From contig NC_090377.1 in assembly GCF_036365525.1 (NCBI RefSeq), forward strand, positions 84,974,024 to 85,038,023: DNA of 64,000 nucleotides, given 5' to 3'. This DNA is from Heterodontus francisci (Eukaryota). Of this stretch, positions 35,939 through 45,862 are shown piece by piece. Position 1 is the first letter of the stretch. The number at the start of each line of letters is the position of its first letter. Under the pieces are notes generated by a model. It was not told where the DNA came from. It saw only the letters and a list, made by a program, of their open reading frames with translations, and searched no databases. Both the position numbers and the translations under genes were made by a program.

Positions 35939-36295
35939 TTAGATCCCAACAATCACGTTTCCAACTGATCAGATCCCAGACTCGAGAGCAATTAATCTGA
36001 TGCCAAACGCAAGACCCCAATTTAAATATGTTATCCCAGAGACAGGTAATTACTATAATTCCAAATGTGAGCCCTCCAAATTTGTTTGATTCTGATCCCA
36101 GACACGAGCAACTAAATTAAATATGATTTAAACCACAAGAAACCCAATTAATATGTGATTCAAATCTTGAGGGAGCCCCCAATTAATATGTTATTCAAAT
36201 CCCAGGACAAGCCCCCAATAAATATATTATTCAAGTCACGGACGAGCCCCCAATAAATATGTTATTCAAATCCCAGGACGAGCCCCCAATCAAAA
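35939..36295 (-). repeat. Tandem array of tRNA-Pro PBS/LTR-junction units (~30-36 bp, about 10 copies, decaying away from the LTR)
   Basis: TTCAAATCCCAGGACGAGCCCCCA 36265-36288; TTCAAGTCACGGACGAGCCCCCA 36230-36252; TTCAAATCCCAGGACAAGCCCCCA 36194-36217; TTCAAATCTTGAGGGAGCCCCCA 36159-36181; weaker units down to ~35939. Confidence 0.85.
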
Positions 36296-37884
36296 TATAT
36301 GATTCTGATTGTGCTGGGAGAGACGCACTGATAATTCAAACCCGTCGCTCCACAGATTGCCTAACATATCATTTAAAACTTTCCAAATTAAAGAAAGACC
36401 CAGCTAAATTGTACTGTCTACTAACCCCCGAATGAGGCTAACCAAACCAGGTGTCTTTAAATAAATAATTAACTCTTTAATTAGAAGAACTAAATTCTTA
36501 AACACTATGAAGATATAAACAACATTTAAAATAGAACAAATTAGAGTCCTTGCAAATTTACAGTCCAATGTTGCTTGAAGTCCTCACAGAATGTTGTTTG
36601 AAGTCTTCACAGAATGTTGCTCTAAGTCCTCACAGAATGTTGCTTTCCTTCTCCAGCGAATTTCAACAATTAACGACTTGCAAATACTTTAAATGGAATC
36701 AAGCTGACTTTAGAGTTTTTGAGGGATAAAAGATTGTCACAGTCTAACTTCCCTTTCTTCAATTTAAATTACCAGGGATCTCTGTTTTGGCTTAACTTTT
36801 TCTTAGAATTTTGAGAGATAATAATTAAGACTAAAATCCTATTCCTTCAGTCTAAATGGTTGAGAGCTCTTTTTCAGCAGTGCTAAACACAGCTGTGTCT
36901 GTGTGTTCGTCTGTTAGAACAAACTGTATTCAACTAAAAGCCAGTTCAAAACTGAATTGCAACAAATGTATCACATGAGACTCATTCCCAGTGACTGTTC
37001 CTATGATAACGAGAATGCACCCTTTGAATCGCAGTCTCCAAATGGCTGTTTCCACGGCAATGAAAATGCACCTTCCTATAAGTCCTGAAGCTTGCTGGTT
37101 CTTAAAGCAATACTGATCCGTTGCAAGCTTTAAAGGGAAACTGCATATTCCCGAAAAAAAAAACTACAGGACCTGACAACAGCAATAATTTGCTACCACT
37201 TTCAAAAGAATCAATCTGGCTTGACTTTTCAGAATTTTGAGAGAGAATAACATAAAGGGTTTCAATAGACTGAGGGGAGAGCTCTCCTGCTTCCTTCACG
37301 TGCCAGAACAGTCTGTGACTCAACTGTCTCTGCAAAGCCAATTTTTTTTCAAGTAGTTTCAAAGTTAAATGGCAACATTGTATATCCTATTCCGTATCTC
37401 TGAATGGTTGTAGCCAGGGCAACCAAAATGCACTTTCACTTGGTAACTCCTTAAAGAAGTACTGATCTTTTGTCGCCTTAAAGGCGTACCGCATTATTTC
37501 CCGAAAAATACCAACAGGATCATGACAACATGCAGGCTTCATTGTAGTTCATCACAGACAACTTGAATTGATCATCTTCCATGCAATCACCTTGTGGTCT
37601 GTGACCACAGCCCTATCCCCAACCAAACATCCTCCAAGACCATCACTTATCAATGGGCCACCATGGTACTAGCAGTGGCCTGAACCTCAACTGTTTAACC
37701 TTCTTGGCTTCTTCTCACAGCATCATTCATATGGAATTGAGGTTCAAGGCCCAATATCCGGGGTTGCTCAGGCCCTACTCTTCTTACACAAGCCATGTAT
37801 CCTGTGTGGGTGGGGAGGTAGGAGTACATAAGTATGGGCGCTGGCAAATTTCTTGGCAAATGTCATTAAAATTGCAAAGGGATT

Positions 37885-38230
37885 CAGCGGGGCAGAGACA
37901 GAGTAACAATTGCCTCTGGTGGGGGAATCTAGAACTTAGGGGCATAAACTTAAAATTACAGCTCAGGCATTTAGGAATGAAATCAGGACCCACTTTTTCA
38001 CACAAAATGTACAGGAAACCAGGAACTCTCGCCCTGAAAAGGCTGCTGATGTGGAGTTAATTGATATTTTTAATACTGAGATCCATAGTTTTTTTTGGGT
38101 AAGGGCATCAAGGGATTTGTAACAAAGGCTGGTAAAGGGAGTTGAGGTGCAGATCTGCCATGATTTAATTGAATGGCAGAATTGGCTCAAAGGCCTGAAT
38201 GACCTACTCCCATTCCTATGGTTCCTATAA
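37885..38230 (+). mobile_element. Old CR1 LINE 3' end
   Basis: AGGGGCATAAACTTAAAATT..TTTTTCACACA..GGCCTGAATGACCTACTCC..CCTATGGTTCCTAT. Confidence 0.7.
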
Positions 38231-38672
38231 ACTTTGAGGCATGCTCAGCATTCCACTTGACTGGAGTTCTACAATGCATTATAGTTAAGATTCTTACGCA
38301 AATGATGGATAAGCCCATAATATAGCTGGAGCCTGAGCAATGCGTTAGTTTGTAGGGAGTAGTTGTACAGTTCAGACCCTATGTAAGATCACTTCGAGTT
38401 GTACACGTGCAGTATAGTCATAAGTAAAAAACCTACATTATATGTTAACCAATTTCTCATGCATGGTTGGTACTTGTGTACAGACAACACTAACACAAGA
38501 AGAAGAAAACACAATGCCAGGTGTGATGAAAATAGTCTACTGTAAATTACATTACCTAGTCATGTTGTTTCTCTTACTTGAGTTTGCTGATTTCCAATAA
38601 AAGAAAGCTGCTACAGTTTCTCTCAATAGTTTTATTCCCTAAATTGGTATTGTGAGGCCATGATAGTAATAC

Positions 38673-38740
38673 CTTCACTTCAATGAAGAAGTGTGAAATT
38701 CTGTACTGGTAGAGGAGCTGAAATGGGTTAATATTCACAA
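38673..38740 (-). CDS. Host-gene exon (phase 1 to 0): (x)VNINPFQLLYQYRISHFFIEVK
   Basis: Strong acceptor cctttcttttccAG, donor AAG|GTATT, 68 nt; joins exon 20294-20418 in frame. Confidence 0.65.
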
Positions 38741-39043
38741 CTGGAAAAGAAAGGTTTCGACATTAAGCCATGGAATAATGCTTATCCAAAGACTTAACCT
38801 GTCTTTCTGAAGTTCATGGTCTTGAGATTCCATGGGGGTAATTTCAAGTAACCCTCTCAGCGGAATACTGAACAGATCAGATTGGTAGCCAGTTTTACAC
38901 CCCATTCAATTTTATTTTCCTTTGCAGTCAGTGGTGTGTAACATCAGGTGGGGGTGTAAAACACTCAGTCCACCTGATTTCATCATTTTCTTGCCAGGTG
39001 GGTTCCCCATGTTGACGTCATTATAGTTCGATCCTATAATTGT

Positions 39044-40125
39044 TGTAAGATTTGGTCCGGGAGTCACAAATTATCCAAAAAAAGGGTTTGATCTCATAAA
39101 TGATTTCAATGTAGTTTATTAAGAAGCAAGCAGTTTAAATTTGGGGCGGCACAGTGGCGCAGTGGTGAGCACCGCAGCCTCACAGCTCCAGGGACCCGGG
39201 TTTGATTCTGTGTACTGCCTGTGCTGAGTTTGCACGTTCTCCCTGTGACTGTGTGGGTTTTCACCGGGTGCTCCGGTTTTCTACCACAGTCAAAAACTTG
39301 CAGGTGATCGGTAAATTGGCCATTGTAAATTGCCCCTAGTGTAGGTCGGTGGTAGGGAATATGGGATTACTGTAGGGTTAGTATAAATGGGTGGTTGTTG
39401 GTCGGCACAGACTATGTGGGCTAAAGGGCCTGTTTCAGTGCTGTATCTCTAAATAAAATTAAAAAAAATAAAATACAATGCATAAGCTAAATTCACAGAA
39501 AAGATATACGACCCATGGCAGGTGAGAATGGGTTCAACAGTCCTGGAGGACTAATGGACGGATGACACAGAGTGAGTGCTGGTCTCTGTAGCTGGTGGCA
39601 GCAGTCCATTCCGCTCTCAGTCTTCTTGAGCTAACCAAAGTGTTGTGTAGCTCTCTTCTGGTCTTCTTCCATCCAAAGAAGACTGAAGACTTACTTCCCT
39701 CCTGAGCACCTGTTTATATACTTCATTTCTTGTGGATGGTGGGTATCTCATGTCAATCACATGTTTGATCCCATTTGTCCAATCACCAAGGGACAGGAAC
39801 CCAAAGTAAACCCCTCCTCTGCCCATCACTTTGCCCAAAGTCACCTTCCAGTTTATCTTATGCTTGGTATTGTTTGTTAACTTCTGCCAGACACTTTTCT
39901 AGAGAGGGTGCAAGGCTCCATCTTATCAGCTTTAGGAATGTCTTGTTTCAGAGCCTGTGCTAGAGTCATGTTCTTAACAAAGATAACAGGCCTATGCTGT
40001 CCTGTGTCTGTCAGCCTGCACAGCTACCATAGATTCCTTTTTAATGAAAGAGAGAGGGCTATTTCTATAATATTCAATTAATTTCTTTAAGATTTTATAA
40101 GGTTATTAGACAGCCATTTCTTACA
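39044..40125 (-). mobile_element. Solo LTR containing a V-SINE
   Basis: TGTAAGA..TCTTACA termini, TTGT/TAGT near-TSD, minus-strand TATAAA (~39715) and AATAAA (~39118). Confidence 0.65.
39143..39473 (+). mobile_element. HE1-like V-SINE
   Basis: GGGGCGGCACAGTGGCGCAGTGG head; same body and tail as 9543. Confidence 0.88.
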
Positions 40126-41239
40126 TAGTAGAAACCATTTAACCGGTTTTTCACCCAAAATCAATCTCCCCCAAAAGGCCCTAATACTTTTTGACCCTTC
40201 CCATAATCCGTCCGCCAAATACTGAGTCAGCTAATTTACATATATTATAAAGGGTGCCAGTGGTACTGCAGCCTCAAGTTTCCTGCTTTTACACTTGCAA
40301 TGCTTGGGGTAAGTTATAATGAGAATGAGAAAGGATAATTGTTGTTCAAAATTCAGTTGGATGCTGAAGTGGTACTGAAATGATGGACTTTCATGGCCTG
40401 GATAGCTTTATCTTGTCCCTGACTTATTATATGTCATTAATATGGATAAGCTGCAAATTACATGATCGGGGAAACAACATTGATTTTTAATAAAAATACA
40501 GAATGCTCAAAATAAAAAATAGCCTCTAGCCTAAACATTAACCTAGCTTTCATTTTTAGCTGGAGCCTGATTGCCTATTCATTTCCAATATTTTCTCTTT
40601 ACTTTGTGAATTTCGAGAATTTTCTGCTTTTAGTTTTAACTCTGCAATTTTGCTTTGAACAAATTTGCTTTGCTCAGCAACAAAAAATCATTAACCTGTA
40701 TCATCTTAAGTTAAATTATTGCCAGTGTGAGTCACTAACAGATACAACAGTTACTTTCTTGGCAAATCAAAGAGGTCTTTTTAAAGACACCAATTGGTGA
40801 TATTCAAATTTGATATTGATTCGAGTTCAAGCAAGAAAATAGATTAAATCCTGAAAACAAAAAGCTCAGAGGTTATATTCCAACTAAACGTTTTTCATGA
40901 CTGAAAAAAGATAAATGCTTTTGGGAAGCTTTCTACTAAAGAATAAATTGCTAAAGGTTTTGACAATTACGCAGTGTATAATTCCAAGAATCTTGGACTT
41001 GGCTTATTATCAGCCCAGGTTTAACGTTGCATGACCAGAATATATTTGAATCAAGAGGCCTGAAGATTGATGGAAATTGACCCTTAGGCTCATCATCATA
41101 TTGTCAGCAAGCTGCCATTACTGGTTGTGCCTTAGTGGGCTGCACAGCTAAGCGATAACTTCAATTTTGGGTTCCCTGGCCCTAAGGTAAGTCCCGGTAG
41201 ATGCAACACCCCATGGGTAGAGGAGGAGGCAATTGTGAA

Positions 41240-41614
41240 ATAAAAACAAGAAATGCTGGAACCACTCAGCAGGTCTGGCAGCATCTGTGGAAAGAGAAGC
41301 AGAGTTAACGTTTCGGGTCAGTGACTCTTCTTCGGAACTGACAAATATAAAAAATGTCACAGGTTATAAGCAAATGAGGTGGGGGTGGGGCAAGCGATAA
41401 CAAAGGAGAAGGTGTAGATTGGACAAGGCCACATTGCTAACCAAAAGGTCACGGAGCAAAGGCAAACAATATGTTAATGGTGTGTTGAAAGACAAAGCGT
41501 TAGTACAGAAAAGGTGTTAACGGACTGAATATTGAACAGCAGCAAGTGCAAACATGAAAAAAACAGTGGGTAAGCAAACTGAACAAACTAAGATGAAATG
41601 AAATAAATGCAAAA
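41240..41614 (-). mobile_element. Penelope-derived fragment with hammerhead variant and 9-bp TSD
   Basis: AATTGTGAA at 41231-41239 and 41615-41623; minus strand CAGTT-CCGAAGA-AGAGTCACTGACCC-GAAACGTTAACT. Confidence 0.75.
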
Positions 41615-41911
41615 AATTGTGAATTTTGGAAGGTAGAGTACAGCCTTTAAGAGCCATTTAGGCTCAAGGGCTCAGCAGCAGGATGGGCAAGTAGAAAATA
41701 AGTACCAAAGTGCTTGCTCAGTGAGTTGACTGGTCACCTGCTTGATTGGGTGCCTCACATGTGCTATTGTACTGCTGTTCAGGAAGATCTAGCACAGGAA
41801 CACCTGGCTTAGGCAGGCACTAAGGGACAAGCACATAGCACAAAGACAGAGGGAAAGATGCACTATTTCATGGAGACCAATCTATGAACGCTGCGAGACC
41901 AAATAGGTTAG

Positions 41912-42705
41912 CTTAGGCTGATAAGTGGCAAGTAACATTCGTGCCACACAGTGCCAGGCAATGACAATCTCCAACAAGAGAGATCTAACCATCTTCCCTT
42001 GATATTACCATCGCTGAATTCCCCCACTATCAACATTCGGGGGGCTACAATTGACCAGAAGCTGAACTATGACCAGCCATATAAATACTGTGGCCACAAG
42101 GGCAGGTCAGCGGCTTGCAATTCTGCAGTGAGTAACTCATCTCCTGACTCCTCAAAGCCTGCCCACCATCTACAAGGCGCAAGTCAAGAGTGTGATGGAA
42201 TACTCTCCATTTGTCTGGATGAGTGCAGATCCAACAATACTCAAGAAGCTCAACATCATCCAGGACAAAATAGCTCCCTTGAACAGTGCTATATCCCACA
42301 CCTTAAACATTCCCACCCTCTACTGATACAAAATAACTGCAGTGTGTACCGTCCACAAGATGCTCTGCAGCAACCTTCTAAAGCTCCTTCGACAGCACCT
42401 TCCAAACCCATGATCTCTACCATTTAGAAGGACAAGGGCAACAGATGCATGGGAACACCACCACCTGTAAGTTGCCCTATAAGCCACACACCATCCTGAC
42501 GTGGAACTATATTGCCGTTCCTTCACTGTCACTGGGTCAAAATCCTGGAACTCCCTCCGTAACAGCATTATGGGTGTACAGACTCCACATGCACTGCAGT
42601 GGTTTAAGAGGGTGGTTCACCACCATTTTCCCAAGGGCAATTAGGAATGGGCAATAAATGCTGGCCTTGGCAGCGATGCCCACATCCCATGAAACAAATA
42701 AAGAA
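41912..42705 (+). mobile_element. CR1-group LINE 3' fragment (older copy)
   Basis: GCTGATAAGTGGCAAGTAACATT through the CCCACATCCCATGAAAC tail; frameshifted. Confidence 0.85.
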
Positions 42706-43039
42706 AAAGAGGAAGCAGAATGCTGTGGCAGGAGACCCAATAAATATGTCACTCGTGCCATGGAAGTGCCAGTATTCTCACCCTCAGGTATGCAGACCAG
42801 TATCCAAAATAGTTTTCCTGCCCTGACCAGGACATACAAGGTAACACACTGGTTACACTTTTACTTCTTTGTTCACCTGAGCCACATTCTAAAAGTAACC
42901 GCTGTACAACTAACACTTTAGAATGCACTTTGTTTCTGTTCCTGTGCTGTACTGTTCTTTGTTCTTTGTTCATACTGCTTGCAACTTTGTGCCATATTTG
43001 ATCCTGAGATGGGTTTCCAACCACACATTAGTGCCATCA

Positions 43040-43875
43040 CTAAGCTTATTTTCACTTCTGCAATATCGCTCAACTCCGCCCCTGCCTTATCTCATCTGCT
43101 GCTGCAACCCTCTTACCTCTAGACTTGACTATTCAAATGCACTCCTGGCCAGCCTCCCACATTCTACCCTCCATAAACAAAAGGTCACCTGAAACTCTGT
43201 TGCCTGTGTCCTAACTCACAGCAAATCCGATACACCCATCACCCGGTGACTTAAAAGCAAAATACTGCAGATGCTGGAAACCTGAAATAAAATCAGATAG
43301 TGTTGAAATAGCAGGTCAGGCAGCATCTGAGGAGAGAGAAGCAGAGTTAATGTTTCAGGTCTGTGTCAGTTCTGATGAAAGGTCACTGACCTGAAACGTT
43401 AACTCTGTTTCTCTCTCCACAGATGCTGCCAGACCTGCTGTGTATTTCCAGCACTTTCTGTTTTTACCCCCATGACTTACATTGGCTCTCGGTTAAGCAA
43501 CACTTCGATTTTAAAATTCTCGTACTTATTTTAAAATCTCTTCATGGATTTGCCCCTCCCTATCTCTGTAATCTCCTCCAGCCCACAACCCTCCAAGGTA
43601 TCTACACTCCTCCAATTCTGGCCTCTTGAGTATCCCATTGGCGGCCATGTCTTCTGCTGCCAAGGCCCTAAGCTGTGGAATTCTCTCCCTAAACCTCTCT
43701 GCTTCTTTTTCTCTCTTTCCTCCTTGATGATGTTCTTTAAAACCTACACTCTTGGTCATCTGCCCCAATATCTCCTTACGTGGCTTGGTGTCAAATTTTG
43801 TTTGATAACGCCCCTGTGAAGTGCCTTGGAATGTTTTAGTACATAAATGGTATATAAATACATGTTGTTGTTGTG
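43040..43875 (+). mobile_element. L2 LINE 3' fragment, interrupted by a hairpin element
   Basis: SRLDYSNALLASLP, LHWLSVKQ..FKILVL, GPKLWNSLP; tail TATAAATACATGTTGTTGTTG. Confidence 0.8.
43252..43465. mobile_element. Penelope-derived inverted-repeat element with intact hammerhead core (+)
   Basis: Arms ~43288-43361 and ~43388-43465 are inverted; AGTT-CTGATGA(43372-43378)-AAGGTCACTGACCT-GAAACGTT-AACT. Confidence 0.8.
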
Positions 43876-44377
43876 GGGGTACAACATTTGGTGAAATACA
43901 TCCTCCTTAAATGCTCTCCTTTATTCCTGTGTTTCTCCTCCCCATCCATCACCATAATGACACACAATGGTATTAATGCCATAAGGCATAGTCATTCTCA
44001 CTCCTGAGCAGCTGTCACCGTGGGCGGTAGGTCAACATTTCTGTTGGCTTCGCACTCCCAGAGCGATTAGATAGATGTTTAGGTCTGTGTAGAATGCCAA
44101 AAGAAAATTGCTACAAAATTTGTTCCCAACTGCAGAAATCGCGTTTGAAATCTCCACTTTCTTCAGACTCACAAGCCACTGTCTCACCTGATTCTGACAA
44201 CAGCTGCACCTTACAATTCTCATTCTAACTTACTCCATGTACATTGCAAGTGCAAAAGCACAAAGTTCAGAGCTAAAGTGCCACTGGCCTTTTTTTTTAC
44301 AATATAAGTAAATTAGCTCACTCAGGACTTGCTGGGCCAATTACAAGAGGGGCCAAAAATATAAAGGCAATTTATAT

Positions 44378-44785
44378 TTGGAGAAGAGAAGGTTGACAGG
44401 AGATTTGATAGAGGTATGCAAAATGATGAGGGGTCGGGATAGAGTAGATAAGGAGAAACTGTTCCCACCTGTGAAAGGATCAAGAACGAGAGGGTACAGA
44501 TTTAAAGTAATTGTTAAAAGAAGCAAAAGCAACATGAGGAAAAACTTTTTCACATAGCGAGTGGTTAAGATCTGGAATGCACTGCCTGTGAGTGTGGTGG
44601 AGGCAGGTTCAATTGAAGGATTCAAAAGGGAATTAGACTGTTATATGAAAAGGAAGAATGTGCAGGGTTATAGGGAGAAGGTGGGAGAGTGGCACGAGGT
44701 GAATTGCTCTTTCGCAGTGCCGGTGCAGACATGATGGGCCTATTGGCCTCCTTCTCTGCTGTAACAATTCTGTGATTCTGTGATT
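44378..44785 (+). mobile_element. CR1 LINE 3' end
   Basis: LEKRRLTGDLIEV..FFT..WNALP coding remnant, (ATTCTGTG)n tail. Confidence 0.85.
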
Positions 44786-45499
44786 TTGGGGTGGAATTGG
44801 TGTAAAAGGATTCTGGCTGTTTTGCTGCCAATTACCCCAATTGCAAGAAAATGTAGAATTTCTTAGCTATTGCCTTTGCTTGATATTCTTGCACCAGTAC
44901 AACACACAATCCTTGAAGGGACGATTGGTGACTAATGGCTAAAGCTCCAGAAGGATCTGGAGAAGCTACCAGCCTTTTCCATAAATTACTCCTGGCAGTC
45001 ATTGTAACCAGTACACTTATTCTGTGGCATTAACACCTTTAAATTCCATTTGTTGCCACTTCTGAAATGCATAAAACACCCATCCCAAAGAGGTTTGTTA
45101 AGCTGCTACTAGACTAGCAGTTACAGCCACCCATTACATCTGCTTTTCAAACTCCTATTCATAGAGCTAGCAGGTCATACATAAGTTTTATTCATTTACC
45201 AGATTCCTGAAGCCTTGAACATATAAATATTCATGCAATTTTTGAGAATTAGGACATTTACAGGAATTGAAAAAAATGACCACTCGGTGAATGTACAATG
45301 ATGTTAGAAGTTATATCTCACTAATATTGTTAAAAAATTCCCTTGTGGCAGTTCTCAACTGACTATCATTGTCAATATGAATCAGATGAGAGGCTGGCTT
45401 ATTGAGGAAAATATTTTCTGTTGATTGCAAAGACTCCTTCACAAATCATGTACAACCAGGTCACACAATCAATAGGCATGTCAGACAAGGTTTCAGTGA

Positions 45500-45600
45500 G
45501 AATAAAAACAGAAAGTGCTGAAAATACACAGCAGGTCAGGCAGCATCTGTGGACAGAGAAACAGAGTTAACGTTCCAGGTCTGTGACCTTTCAGCAGAAC
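45500..45600 (-). mobile_element. Penelope-derived hammerhead repeat, decayed
   Basis: Minus strand GTTCTGCTGAAAGGTCACAGACCTGGAACGTTAACTCTG. Confidence 0.65.
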
Positions 45601-45862
45601 CTTTCAGCGAGGAAACTTCAAATGGCTTCAGCACCCAGTGTTTGAGTTAGCATTAGTGAGGGGAAAATTGGTTAGGGATTTTACTGCAGGTCACTCCCTG
45701 AGAGGAATTATTGTGTGCCCCCTTTGCATCAAATAACTTGACATTCATTGTGAAAGTTCACACATGATTGGCTGTTTGGGAGAGGTATTGTATGCTAACA
45801 GGAACCCATGCAACTATACTTCAGTAAGCAGTCAATGGACAGGGTGTTCTACTCATACACTC

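Larger units (their letters stand above)
30198..37527 (-). mobile_element. Gmr1-like Ty3/gypsy element (gag-PR-IN-RT order), internally deleted, with composite 5' LTR
   Basis: 3' LTR 30198-32339 (LINE inside), 5' LTR region 36296-37527, tRNA-Pro PBS; gag 35865-34558 (LPKFEERDVEAFF, CYHCHKTGHLHSEC), protease (DLLLGNDL), integrase (YYWPGL..CHTCQ; GPY..CHINMLK) upstream of the RT start (PLKQHP, VVLMPKPGGS). Confidence 0.88.

Noticed and set aside
36159-36288. tRNA-Pro gene cluster
   Set aside because: Only the 3' ~23 nt including CCA are present; there is no D or anticodon arm.
35939-36295. CRISPR array
   Set aside because: Eukaryotic context, no cas genes, and the linkers resemble each other rather than being unique spacers; the repeat is a tRNA-Pro PBS.
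40755-40850. Candidate minus-strand exon with a strong acceptor
   Set aside because: All three frames contain stops before the candidate donor.
42781-42821. Candidate for the missing 3n+2 exon (AGKLFWILVCIPE)
   Set aside because: The phase fits but the acceptor is poor and a rival micro-exon exists near 45200; not supportable without RNA data.
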